Assembly (NCBI GenBank): GCA_965204175.1
Contig: OZ241978.1
Coordinates: 5,478,164-5,542,163 of the forward strand
Source of the DNA: Vicinamibacterales bacterium
GTDB lineage: Bacteria > Acidobacteriota > Vicinamibacteria > Vicinamibacterales > UBA8438
Direction of reading: 5' to 3'
Length of the DNA stretch: 64,000 bases
Every line of letters begins with the position of its first letter. Position 1 is the first letter of the stretch. The notes under the pieces were generated by a model. It had not been told where the DNA came from. It searched no databases and saw only the letters and a program-made list of their open reading frames with translations. Both the position numbers and the translations under genes were made by a program. Of this stretch, positions 11,201 to 20,800 are shown in pieces.

Positions 11201-11676
11201 TGACGCCGTTCTCGGCCCGCGCGCTCGACCGCGGGTTCGCGGGCGCGCTGGTGGCCCTGGCGCGGCACCTCGAACCGGCGCTGACGCCGCCGCGGGGCGC
11301 CGAGCGGATCGCCGACGTGCGCGCCGCCCTGGAACCGCGTCTGCTCGACGCGTTCGCGGGCCGGGTGGAGCAACAGGCGTTCGGCGAGGACGACGAGCGC
11401 GAGGAACGGACTCGCAGCGTGCAGGACCGGGTCGGGGATCTGCTCGACTCGTGGCGCCGGGTTCTCGACGACTATCAGGGAGACGGCGTGGAGCTGCAGT
11501 ACCAGCGCCACGAGCTCCGGCAGCCGAAGCCGCTGTTGCGGGAGATGCTCGAGGAGCGGTTCGAGACGGAGCATCACCGGAAGTTCCGGGCCAACCGCTC
11601 GTTGCGGGACGTCGAGCCGGAAGTCAACCTGTACCTGCACGACCTGCGGGCGCCGCGGCGGCCGGAGGGCGCGTGA
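8266..11676 (+). CDS. drmA: DISARM DrmA, superfamily 2 DExH helicase
   Basis: 1136 aa. Motif I FFPTGGGKTEAYLG, motif II QDELHLI, motif VI ATNMISVGLDIPRLG..QATSRVGR. Followed by DUF1998, PLD, SNF2 and MTase genes. Confidence 0.85.
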   Translation: MTDAERVPADSQEVRACLVEALKLDLVGPWAGHDLGAERLPGRERPSNWYVAGFLIPTGTPPDRSADADEDDDLDTVPESAGLAEESNDERKAARKAFFPSSMGLSFLVAGVCRGLAVTVRWGDYAPAEVEVADGGKASVWQRTPREAALSVPLGAGPVVRDIPDSGGLQLQAVERAIDAMGLSGAGLPAGTRSVSCFLVNRRAPAAGQPDRAYAFQAEIEVRSDAGFLPRPDLRGAHAAEWDDRVADLHYADTREYAAGHGVSAEWELADGECRLIRTAWIGTAEVENTVPAKVPGVELSMEALGRLGDASAAHQALDPLVTQYREWIEARRQDVAAGASEGDRGETAGQLLHYAGVAAERMARGVALLGEDPDVLDAFRVANRAVARALRQRLGKRLEPAGARWRPFQLAFLLLNLPGLADPHDVHRETVDLLFFPTGGGKTEAYLGLAGVAMVHRRLRHPGNDGLDGAGVSVIMRYTLRLLTLDQLARAAGLVCALEIERSEADGRYGRWPFEIGLWVGKAATPNILGRKGDGRQDSARAKATAFKRNPDRNPSPIPLENCPWCGAAFRPESFTLSPDADRPRELRIVCSDWECAFSGDRPLPVVGVDEPIYRRLPAFLIATVDKFASLPWVGQAGALLGGADRFDGDGFYGAADPGTGRRLEAPLPPPDLVIQDELHLIAGPLGTMAGLYETAIEALAAREADGRTIKPKIVASTATVRRAQDQIQALFARPATQVFPPPGPDRRDTFFARTVPSSETPARLYAGVASQGRNPKVLMRRVLLALMGAAAHAWQAAGGERNPQNPADPYMTTLAYFNSLRELGGARRILEEEVSTTVKRYGARRRIGEARRLFQDRTTFSEVLELTSRVSTDQVAEARRRLECRFNDRTRRVDCALATNMISVGLDIPRLGLMLVLGQPKMHAEYIQATSRVGRSAEGPGLVVTLLNVHKPRDRSHYERFRHYHETFYRSVEPASVTPFSARALDRGFAGALVALARHLEPALTPPRGAERIADVRAALEPRLLDAFAGRVEQQAFGEDDEREERTRSVQDRVGDLLDSWRRVLDDYQGDGVELQYQRHELRQPKPLLREMLEERFETEHHRKFRANRSLRDVEPEVNLYLHDLRAPRRPEGA

Positions 11677-13475
11677 GGCGGAAGGCGCACGGCCAGGTTC
11701 GCCGCAGCCAAGTCATCACGACCTACGGGCCGGGGGCTCTCATCGACCTGCCGCAGGAGTCGGCGATCGTCGCGGGGCTCGACGAGTGGCCGCCGCCGCA
11801 CAAGCTGGAGGAGGTCGACGAGCCGCGGCTGGCGCGGAAGCTGGCGGTGATTACCGGCGTCGCGTCGCCGCGGCTGCTGGCGCCGCCGCCGGTGTCTTCC
11901 GATCCCGGGGCCGCGCCGGCGGGCATCGGGGCGTGGCGCTTTCCGGAGTGGTTCGTCGTGCAGCCGCCCGCGGCGGGCGAGGGCGCGGCGCAGACGGGGG
12001 TCCGGCGGCTCGTGCACCGGAAGGCGCTCGACGAACGCCATCGCTTCGAGGGCCGGGAGGTGGTGGCGACCCGTTTCGTCCGCGGCTGTCCGCGCGGGCA
12101 CGTCGACGATCTCGACTGGAGCCGGTTCGCGCATCGGGGCGGCGGCGAGTGCCCGCGGACGCGGCCGCTGTGGCTGGACGAGCAGGGGACGACCGGGGAC
12201 TTGGCCGACCTGCTGGTGCGTTGCGAGTGCGGCGCGGCGCGGCGCCTGTCGGATGCGAGCATGCTGGAGGTCAACCCGCTGGGAACGTGCCGGGGAGCGC
12301 GGCCGTGGCTCGGGCGCGACACGAACGAGGAGTGTCAACTGCCGAGCCGGCTTCTCGTGCGGACCGCGTCGAACGCCTGGTTCCCGCAGGTGCTCAGCGT
12401 GCTGTCCATCCCCGAGCGGGGGACGGCGGTGGACACGGTGGTGCGGGAACTCTGGGACTACCTGGACATCGTCGACGACGCGGCCAGCCTGGGGGTCGTG
12501 AAGCGGAAACCGCAGGTGGCCGCCGCACTGTCGCCGTTCGGCGACACGGAGGTTCTAGCGGCGATCGCCGGGATGAAGGGAGGCGCGGCGGGTAACGACC
12601 GTTCGGTCAAGGAGATCGAGTTGGAGGCGCTGCTGGCGTCGCCGGCAGGATTCGGCGACGACGTCCCTGTCAATCCGGACTTCCATGCGCGGCGGCTGCC
12701 GGATGCGGTGTGGCGGCGGTCGGAGCGCGCCGCGGGGGTTGCGGCGGTCATCCAGCTTCACCGGCTCCGCGAGGTGGCGGCCCTGTCGGGCTTCACGCGG
12801 TTTGAGGCGGTGACGCCGGACATCCACGGCGAGTACGAAACGGACGTCGAGCGCGCCGCCATCGCGATCGAGCCGACCTGGTTTCCGGCGGTGGAGAACC
12901 GGGGCGAGGGGTTGTTCCTGCGGCTGCGCACCGAGGCGGTGGATGCGTGGCTGGCCCGGCCCGCGGTCCGGGAGCGGCTGGACGCGCTGGGACGGGGGCA
13001 TCGGCAGTGGGCGCAGCAGCGCAAGTCGGCGCGTCCGTTCCCCGGCGGTCCCTACGTGCTGCTGCACACGCTGTCGCACCTGCTGATGCAGTCGCTGGCC
13101 ATGCACTGCGGTTATCCGGCGAGCTCGTTGCGCGAACGGATCTACGCGGAGGAGGACGGGTACGGGCTACTCATCCATACGGGCAGCCCGGACGCGGAAG
13201 GCACGCTCGGCGGTCTCGTGCAACAGGCGCGTCGCATCGACGGGCACCTTGCCCGGGCGCTGGACGCGGGCGGGCTCTGCTCGAACGACCCGACCTGCGC
13301 CGAGCATGCGCCGGGCGACCGCATGACCGGGCGGTGGCTGCACGGGGCCGCGTGCCACGGGTGTCTGTTGGTCGCCGAGACGTCGTGCGAGATGCGCAAC
13401 GACCATCTCGACCGCGCGCTCGTCGTGCCGGTGCTCGGCGTGCCGGACGCCGCGTTCTTCGGGCCGCCGGGATGA
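11673..13475 (+). CDS. drmB: DISARM DrmB, DUF1998 (MrfA-type Zn-ribbon) protein
   Basis: GTG at 11673 overlaps the drmA TGA (GTGA). C-terminal HTLSHLLMQSLAMHCGYPASSLRERIY..DAEGTLGGLV..CxxDPxC..ACHGCLL is the DUF1998 signature. Confidence 0.85.
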   Translation: MRRKAHGQVRRSQVITTYGPGALIDLPQESAIVAGLDEWPPPHKLEEVDEPRLARKLAVITGVASPRLLAPPPVSSDPGAAPAGIGAWRFPEWFVVQPPAAGEGAAQTGVRRLVHRKALDERHRFEGREVVATRFVRGCPRGHVDDLDWSRFAHRGGGECPRTRPLWLDEQGTTGDLADLLVRCECGAARRLSDASMLEVNPLGTCRGARPWLGRDTNEECQLPSRLLVRTASNAWFPQVLSVLSIPERGTAVDTVVRELWDYLDIVDDAASLGVVKRKPQVAAALSPFGDTEVLAAIAGMKGGAAGNDRSVKEIELEALLASPAGFGDDVPVNPDFHARRLPDAVWRRSERAAGVAAVIQLHRLREVAALSGFTRFEAVTPDIHGEYETDVERAAIAIEPTWFPAVENRGEGLFLRLRTEAVDAWLARPAVRERLDALGRGHRQWAQQRKSARPFPGGPYVLLHTLSHLLMQSLAMHCGYPASSLRERIYAEEDGYGLLIHTGSPDAEGTLGGLVQQARRIDGHLARALDAGGLCSNDPTCAEHAPGDRMTGRWLHGAACHGCLLVAETSCEMRNDHLDRALVVPVLGVPDAAFFGPPG

Positions 13476-14251
13476 CCGACACGTTGCTGGCGTTGCCGCC
13501 ACACCTGCGCAAGCGGCTGGAGTGCGCCCTGGATTCGGGACTGCTCGCACCGCCCTATCGTCCGGTTGCCGTGAGCGCGGCGCTGGGCGGCGCGGCAGAG
13601 AGCGGGGCGGTAGCCGCGGCGCTGGTCGCGCTCGACGGGCTGGGTGTCTCGCGCCGCGGCTGCGCGGCGTGGCTGCGCGGCTTCGAGCGGGTGGCCGGCC
13701 GGCGCACGGCGCCCGCCTTCGTCTGGTCGGGTCCGGAAGTCGCCGGCCTGCACGCGCGCGATACGCGGCGCGTCTACGAGGAGCTGCTCGGCTCGGCGGC
13801 GCGCTCGGCGTGGGTGGCGACCTACGCCTTCTTCGACGGCCCGCGCGCCTTCGAGGCGCTGGCGCGCCGGATGGACGATGCGCCGGACGTGGCCGTCACC
13901 CTGCTCCTGAACGTGCAGCGCCGCCGAGGCGACACGACCGGTGCCGACCGCCTGGTCCGGCGCTTCGCGGATCGCTTCTGGACGGAGGAATGGCCCGGAG
14001 CGACCCGGCCGCGGGTCTTCTACGACCCGCGTTCGCTCGATCCCGCCGGCGGCGCCGGCGTCCTCCACGCCAAGGCGGTGGTCGTCGACGACGAGGCGGT
14101 CTTCGTGACGTCGGCGAACCTGACGGCGGCGGCGCTGGACCGGAACATCGAGATCGGCCTGCTCGTCCGCGACCGCACACTGGCGGCGACCGTGACGCGC
14201 CACTTCACGACGCTGATCGAGGGGGCGCTGCTGCTGCCGTTGCCGGCGTGA
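13472..14251 (+). CDS. drmC: DISARM DrmC, phospholipase D (HKD) family nuclease
   Basis: ATG 13472 overlaps the drmB stop (ATGA). HKD motif LHAKAVVVDDEAVFVTSANLT. Confidence 0.85.
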   Translation: MTDTLLALPPHLRKRLECALDSGLLAPPYRPVAVSAALGGAAESGAVAAALVALDGLGVSRRGCAAWLRGFERVAGRRTAPAFVWSGPEVAGLHARDTRRVYEELLGSAARSAWVATYAFFDGPRAFEALARRMDDAPDVAVTLLLNVQRRRGDTTGADRLVRRFADRFWTEEWPGATRPRVFYDPRSLDPAGGAGVLHAKAVVVDDEAVFVTSANLTAAALDRNIEIGLLVRDRTLAATVTRHFTTLIEGALLLPLPA

Positions 14252-14313
14252 TGCGGATGCCGTGGGGTTGATGGCCGGGGGTGGCCGGGTGACGGCCCGC
14301 GCGTTCTTCTAGA

Positions 14314-17300
14314 ATGGCGGCTGCCGCCGTGCTTCTATGGCGTAGATGTTCGATGACTCCAACCGATCCGATCCGCGCGCTGCCGGAACGCCCGCCGAAG
14401 GTGGGCGAACTGGTCCAGGTACGCTCCCGCCGGTGGCTGGTCGAGGAGGTGGCCTCGTCGGAGACCCCCGGCGCTTCGCCTGTGGTGGCGCTGTCCTGCG
14501 CGGACGACGACGCGGCGGGGGAGGAACTGCGGGTCTTCTGGAACTACGAGCTCGACCGCCGCATCCTCGAGGAGGAAGGCTGGGACCGTCTCGCCGAGCG
14601 GGGCTTCGACGACCCGCGCCGGTTCGCGGCGTTCCTGCACACGCTGCGCTGGCACTGCGTTACGGCCACCGACGCGAACCTGTTCCAGGCGCCGTTCCGC
14701 GCCGGCATCCGGATTGACGCCTACCAGATGGAGCCTCTGCGCAAGGCGTTGCGGCTGCCGCGAGTCAACCTGTTCATCGCCGACGACACCGGGCTCGGCA
14801 AGACGATCGAAGCGGGGCTGATCGCCCGCGAACTGCTGCTGCGCCGGAAGGCGAAGACGATCGTCGTCGCCGCGCCGCCGTCGGTGCTGGAGCAGTGGAA
14901 GGGGGAGCTGGAGGATCGCTTCGGGCTGGTGTTCGAGATCCTCGACCGCGCCTATCTGGCGCGGATGCGCCGCGAGCGGGGCTTCGGCGTCAATCCGTGG
15001 ATGACCCACAGCCGGTTCCTCGTGTCGCACAACCTGCTGATCGACGCCCACTACACCGATCCGATGCGGGCTTGGCTCGGAACCATGCGTCCGGGGAGCC
15101 TGCTCATCCTCGACGAGGCGCACCACGCGGCGCCGTCGAGCGGGGGGCGCTACGGCATCGAGTCGAAGTTCACCCGGGCCGTCCGCGACCTCGCGGGACG
15201 CTTCGAGCATCGGCTGTTCCTGTCGGCCACGCCGCACAACGGGCACTCGAACAGCTTCTCGACGCTGCTGGAGCTGCTCGATCCGTACCGCTTCACGCGC
15301 GGCGTGAAGGTGCGCGGCCGCAAGGCGCTCGAGGACGTGATGGTCCGGCGTCTGAAGGAGGACGTCCGCGCGACGCAGGGCGGCTTTCCGGAGCGGCGCG
15401 TCGAGCGCGTGGTGATCGACGGCCTGCCGGCGGACGCGCCTGAGCTGGCGCTGTCGCGCCTGCTCGACGAGTACCGCACGGCGCGCGAGCAACGGCACGC
15501 TGGCGCCTCCGGCAAGGTCCAGGCGGCGGCCGGCCTGCTCATGGTCGGCTTGCAGCAACGGCTGCTCTCCTCGGTCGAGGCGTTCGCGCGCAGCCTGGCG
15601 GTCCACCGGCGGACCGTCGAACGCCGCCGGGAACAGGAGCGGGCGGAGACCGCGGGCGGTGGGGAGCCCGTTGCCTCCACTGCCCTGCGGGACGCCTCGG
15701 AACCCGCGGGGGCGCCCGCTGCCGAGGGGTACGGCCTCTTCGTCGCGCCGCCCACCGCCGACGACGAGCGCGGCGAGCAGGAGGCCGAAGTCGTCGAGGC
15801 CGAAGAGAGAGCACAGATCGAGGCAATCACCGAGGCCGCCGAGTCGGGTCCGGCGGCCGTTCCCGGCGCGGAAGCGGCGGCGCTGTGGCAGCGGGAACGG
15901 CGGTTGCTCGACCGGATGCAGGCGATCGCCGAGCGGGCGCGCCACCTGCCGGACGCCAAGACGCGCCGGTTCCTCGACTGGATCCGCGAGCGGATGTGCC
16001 CGGGTCTGCCGCCCTTCGGCAGCCGGCCCGGGGGTCCGCCGCCGCGCTGGAACGAGCGCCGCGTCCTCATCTTCACCGAGAACCGCGAGGGGACGAAGCG
16101 CCATCTGCGCGCCATTCTGGAGCAGGCCGTCGAGGGGACCGACCGCGCCAGCGAGCGCATCGCGGTAATCGACGGGCTCACGCGCGGCGCTCGTCGCAAG
16201 GAGATCCAGCGGCGTTTCAACACCGACCCGGTCGCCGATCCGCTCCGCATCCTGCTGGCCACCGACGCGGCCCGCGAGGGCCTGAACTTCCAGGCGCACT
16301 GCGCTGACCTGTTCCACTTCGATCTGCCGTGGAACCCCGGCCGCATCGAGCAGCGCAACGGACGCATCGACCGCAAGCTGCAGCCGGCGCCGGAGGTGCG
16401 CTGCCACTACTTCGTGCTGCCGCAACGGGTCGAGGACCGGGTGCTGGAGGTGCTCGTCCGCAAGACAGAGACCATCAAGCGCGAGCTGGGCAGCCTGTCG
16501 AAGGTGATCGACGACGACGTGGAAAGGCGGTTGCGCGGGGGCATCCGCCACCGGGACGCCGACCGGTTGAAGCGGGAGATCGAGGTAGCGGACCTGGATG
16601 AGGCCCGCCGGTGGATCACCGAAGAAGAGCTCGAGGCGGCGCGCGACCGGCGGGACGACCTCGTGGCGCAGGTGGAACGGTGTCGCGGCCTGCTCGAGCG
16701 GTCCCGGCAGTGGGTCGGATTCGAGGCGGAACCGTTCCGCGATACGTTGTCCTGCGCGCTGGAGCTGCTCGGTGCGGAGCGGCTGGCGCGAAGCGGCGAC
16801 GGTGACGGGAACGGCCGCTCGGCGACCTGGACCTTCCCGGCTCTCGACCGGCGGGCGGGGGCCGACCCGAGCTGGGCAGCGACGCTGGACACGCTCCGTC
16901 CGCCACGCCGGAGCGACCAGAAGCTGGCCGACTGGCGCCGGGAGGCGCCGATCCGGCCGGTGGTCTTCGAGGATGCGGGCGTGCTCGGCGACGACACGGT
17001 GCACCTGCATCTGGAGCAGCGGGTCGTCCAGCGCCTCCTGGCGCGGTTCCGCGCGCAGGGCTTCGTGCACCACGACCTGTCGCGAGCCTGCCTCGCGCAG
17101 GCGCTGGACTCGATTCCCCGCGTCGTGCTTCTCGGCCGGCTCTGCCTCTACGGGCGCCGGGCGGAGCGCCTGCACGAGGAGATCGTCCCGCTGGCGGCGC
17201 GCTGGGTGGAACCGGCGCGGCGGAGCGGTCCGCTCCGCGCCTACGCACGTGAAGCCGAGGCGCGGACGCTGGACCTGCTCGACCAGTCACTGACCGGCGG

Positions 17301-17727
17301 TGGGCTGGACCGGACGCCCGACGACGTCATTCGCGCGCGGCTGCTGGCCGCGGCGCCGCGCGACGTCGAGGAGCTTCTCCCGCAACTGGAGCCGCGGGCG
17401 GCGGAGCTCGCCGCGGTGGCGACGCGCCGACTGGGCGAGCGGGGCGAGCGGGAGGCGCGCGACCTGGAGGAGACGCTTCGCCGGCAGCGCGAGCGCATCG
17501 TCGGGGAGCTCGACCGCCACGAGGGACGGTTCCGGCAGATCATGCTGGGGTTCGACGAAGATGAGCGGCGGCAACTGCAGTCGAACATGCGCTACTGGCG
17601 CACGCGCCTCGACCGGTTCGACCGGGACCTGGCGCAGGAGCCGGGACGGATACGGGCGTTCTACCAGGTGCAGGCGCAACGCGTCGAGCCGGTCGGGCTC
17701 GTGTACCTCTGGCCGGAGACCAACTGA
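14314..17727 (+). CDS. drmD: DISARM DrmD, SNF2-family helicase (alternative start ATG 14353)
   Basis: YQMEPLRKAL, DDTGLGKT (I), LILDEAHHAA (II), LLATDAAREGLNFQ (V), DLPWNPGRIEQRNGRIDR (VI). Confidence 0.85.
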   Translation: MAAAAVLLWRRCSMTPTDPIRALPERPPKVGELVQVRSRRWLVEEVASSETPGASPVVALSCADDDAAGEELRVFWNYELDRRILEEEGWDRLAERGFDDPRRFAAFLHTLRWHCVTATDANLFQAPFRAGIRIDAYQMEPLRKALRLPRVNLFIADDTGLGKTIEAGLIARELLLRRKAKTIVVAAPPSVLEQWKGELEDRFGLVFEILDRAYLARMRRERGFGVNPWMTHSRFLVSHNLLIDAHYTDPMRAWLGTMRPGSLLILDEAHHAAPSSGGRYGIESKFTRAVRDLAGRFEHRLFLSATPHNGHSNSFSTLLELLDPYRFTRGVKVRGRKALEDVMVRRLKEDVRATQGGFPERRVERVVIDGLPADAPELALSRLLDEYRTAREQRHAGASGKVQAAAGLLMVGLQQRLLSSVEAFARSLAVHRRTVERRREQERAETAGGGEPVASTALRDASEPAGAPAAEGYGLFVAPPTADDERGEQEAEVVEAEERAQIEAITEAAESGPAAVPGAEAAALWQRERRLLDRMQAIAERARHLPDAKTRRFLDWIRERMCPGLPPFGSRPGGPPPRWNERRVLIFTENREGTKRHLRAILEQAVEGTDRASERIAVIDGLTRGARRKEIQRRFNTDPVADPLRILLATDAAREGLNFQAHCADLFHFDLPWNPGRIEQRNGRIDRKLQPAPEVRCHYFVLPQRVEDRVLEVLVRKTETIKRELGSLSKVIDDDVERRLRGGIRHRDADRLKREIEVADLDEARRWITEEELEAARDRRDDLVAQVERCRGLLERSRQWVGFEAEPFRDTLSCALELLGAERLARSGDGDGNGRSATWTFPALDRRAGADPSWAATLDTLRPPRRSDQKLADWRREAPIRPVVFEDAGVLGDDTVHLHLEQRVVQRLLARFRAQGFVHHDLSRACLAQALDSIPRVVLLGRLCLYGRRAERLHEEIVPLAARWVEPARRSGPLRAYAREAEARTLDLLDQSLTGGGLDRTPDDVIRARLLAAAPRDVEELLPQLEPRAAELAAVATRRLGERGEREARDLEETLRRQRERIVGELDRHEGRFRQIMLGFDEDERRQLQSNMRYWRTRLDRFDRDLAQEPGRIRAFYQVQAQRVEPVGLVYLWPETN

Positions 17728-17880
17728 GGCGACTTCCGTTCGTCCTCGCCCCGAGCTGGAGCCGTGCTGGTGATTGCCGACCCGACGTTTCGTACACTAC
17801 GGCGTACGCCTCGTTCGCGTGCGCCGTCAATGTGGCGGTCGGTCGCCGGCCCTGTCCCGTTGCGCATACCGGTGTAATCG

Positions 17881-20800
17881 ATGTCGAAACGCGACCCGCA
17901 CGTCGACGCCCACCTGGAGTGGATCGGCTTCGTCCGGCCGACCGGCCTCGTGGTGTCGGCGCCGGCCCTGGTTCGCGCCGGCGCGATTCTTCGGCACGAC
18001 CCGGAGGGCCAGCGGCTGCTGCGCGCGTGCGCCGACGACCGCCGGTTCCATCCCGACCGCGAGCCGGAAGCGTGGCTGCCGGACTTCCGGGCGTTCGCCT
18101 CGTCGGTGCTCGGCTGGAACTTCTCGCCGAAGGGGTATGCCGGGACCGGCGACAGCCCGATCCCGCCGGAGCTGGAGACCCCGCTGCACGAAGGCGGAGA
18201 GGTGCTGCGTCCGGACTTCGCGGTGCGGGAGCGCGACCCCGGGACGGACGCGTCGCCCTGGCAACTCCTGGTCCGGGTGCTCGATCCCGGTGAGGACCTC
18301 GACCGCGTCACAGGTGGCGCCGACCGCCTGGAGGTGTCGGCCCACGGCCGGATGGAGCGGCTGTTGCGGCAGACCGGCGTGCCGGCGGGCTTGTTGTGCA
18401 ACGGCCGCTCGCTCCGTCTGGTTTCGGCGCCGCGCGGCGAGAGCTCCGGCTGGCTGGATCTGCACGTGACCGACATGGTCACCACGGCGGGCCGGCCGAT
18501 CGTGGGGGCGCTGCGACTGCTGCTGAGCGAGACGCGGCTCCTCGGCCTGCCGCGCGACGAGCGCCTGGCTGCGCTGTTCGCCGACAGCCGGCGGTTCCAG
18601 AACGAGGTGAGCGAGCGGCTCGCCGAACAGGTGCTGCATGCCCTCTACGAGCTGCTGCGCGGAATCCAGGCTGCCGACGACGCGGCGCACGGGAGGCTGC
18701 TGCGCGACGCGCTGGCCGAACGTCCCGACGACGTGTACCACGCGCTGCTGACCGTCATCCTGCGGCTGGTGTTCCTGCTCTACGCCGAGGAGCGCGACCT
18801 GCTGCCGGACGGCGAGACCTTCGCGCGCCACTACTCGCTGGCCGGCCTCTACGAGCGGCTGCGCGAGGACGCGGCGCTCCATCCCGACACGATGAACCAG
18901 CGCTACGGCGCCTGGGCCCAGCTCCTTGTGCTGTTCCGGCTGTTCCACGACGGCGCCGAGACGGACGGGCTCCGCCTGCCGCCGCGTCACGGGGAACTCT
19001 TCGACCCCGACCGGTTCCCGTTTCTCGAAGGCCGCGTCGTCGGCGGCGAGCGCCGACTCGACGAGCGCATCGAGCCGCCGCTGGTTCCCGACGGCACCGT
19101 CTACCGCGCACTCGACAAGCTGCTGGTGCTCGACGGCGAGCGTATCTCCTACCGCGCCCTCGATGTCGAGCAGATCGGCTCGGTCTACGAGACGATGATG
19201 GGTTTCCGGATCGAGACGGCGACCGGCCGGTCGGTGGCGATAAAGGCGCAGAAAAAGCAGGGCGCACCGACCACGGCCGACCTCGAAGCGCTGCTCCGCG
19301 AGCCGGCGGGCAAGCGCGCGCAGTGGCTGCGGGACCGGACCGACCGCGCGCTGACCGACACGGTCCGGCGGCCGGTGGCCGCGGCATCGACCGTCGCCGA
19401 CCTGCACGCGGCTCTGCAGCCGGTCATCGACGCCGCGGCCACGCCCGACATCGTCCCCGGCGGGGCGCTCGTGCTGCAGCCGAGCGAAGCGCGCCGCCGC
19501 TCCGGATCGCACTACACGCCGCGCGAGTTGACCGAGCCGATCGTCCGCACCGCGCTGGAGCCCATCCTGGCGCGGTTGCGCGGCCCCGGCGGCGAACCGC
19601 CCAACCCCGCGGCGATCCTCGACCTGAAGGTCTGCGATCCGGCGATGGGTTCGGGGGCCTTCCTGGTCGAAGCCTGCCGGCAGCTCGGCGATGCGCTGCT
19701 CGATGCGTGGCGATTCCACGCCGCGGCGCCCCCGATGCAGGCCGGCGAGGATGAGGTGATCGTCGCCCGCCGACTCGTCGCCCAGCGTTGCCTCTATGGT
19801 GTCGACCGCAACCCGATGGCGGTCGATCTCGCGAAGGTGTCGCTCTGGCTGGCCACGCTGGCGAAGGAGCACCCGCTGACGTTCGTGGACCATGCGCTGC
19901 GGCGCGGCGACTCGCTGGTCGGGCTGTCGCAGGGGCAGATCGAGGCGTTCCACTGGGACACCGGCGCCGAGCCATTGCAGCAGGGGATCGAGACCATCGA
20001 GCTGCGCAAGTGCATGGCCCGGGTGGCCGAGCTGCGCCGCCGGATTCGCGACGCCGGCCACACGGTCTCAGATGGGGACTTGCGGAACTGGTGGAGCGAG
20101 GCCCGAGTCGAGCTCGCCAGGGTGCGTCTGTCCGGGGACCTCCTGATTGCCGCCTTCTTCAACGGGCGGAAGCCGAAGGAACGCGAAACCAAGCGCATCG
20201 AGTATGCCGGCGCAATCTTCGAGGGGGAGGTCGAACGCTACCGCGGGTGGATCGACCAGCGTCGGGGAGAGGAACCGCCGCTGGCCCCCTTCCACTGGGA
20301 GATCGAGTTCCCGGAAGTGTTCGACCGGGGGTCATCGGCGGGGAGGAAGGGGTCCGGGCCAGCTCCCGGATTCGATGCCATCGTCGGCAACCCGCCGTTC
20401 GCGGGCAAGAACTCGGTGGCCGCGGGAAACGTCGCCGTGTACCCCGACTGGTTGAAGCAAGCGCACGCGGAGAGCCACGGCAACGCCGATCTGGTGGCCC
20501 ACTTCTTCAGACGGGCGTTCGACCTCGTCCGCGACAGGGGCGTCTTCGGCCTGATCGCAACCAACACCATCGCCCAAGGCGACACCCGCGCCAGCGGCCT
20601 GCGTTGGATCTGCAAGCACGGCGGCGAGATCTTCTCCGTCCGTCGCCGGGTCAAGTGGCCGGGACTGGCGGCCGTGGTCGTCAGCGTGCTGCACGTCGGG
20701 AAGGGCGCGGTGGCGGACCACAAGCAGATCGACGGCCGCAACGTGGAGCGCATCACCGCGTTCCTGTTTCACCGCGGCGGTCACGACGATCCGGTGCGGC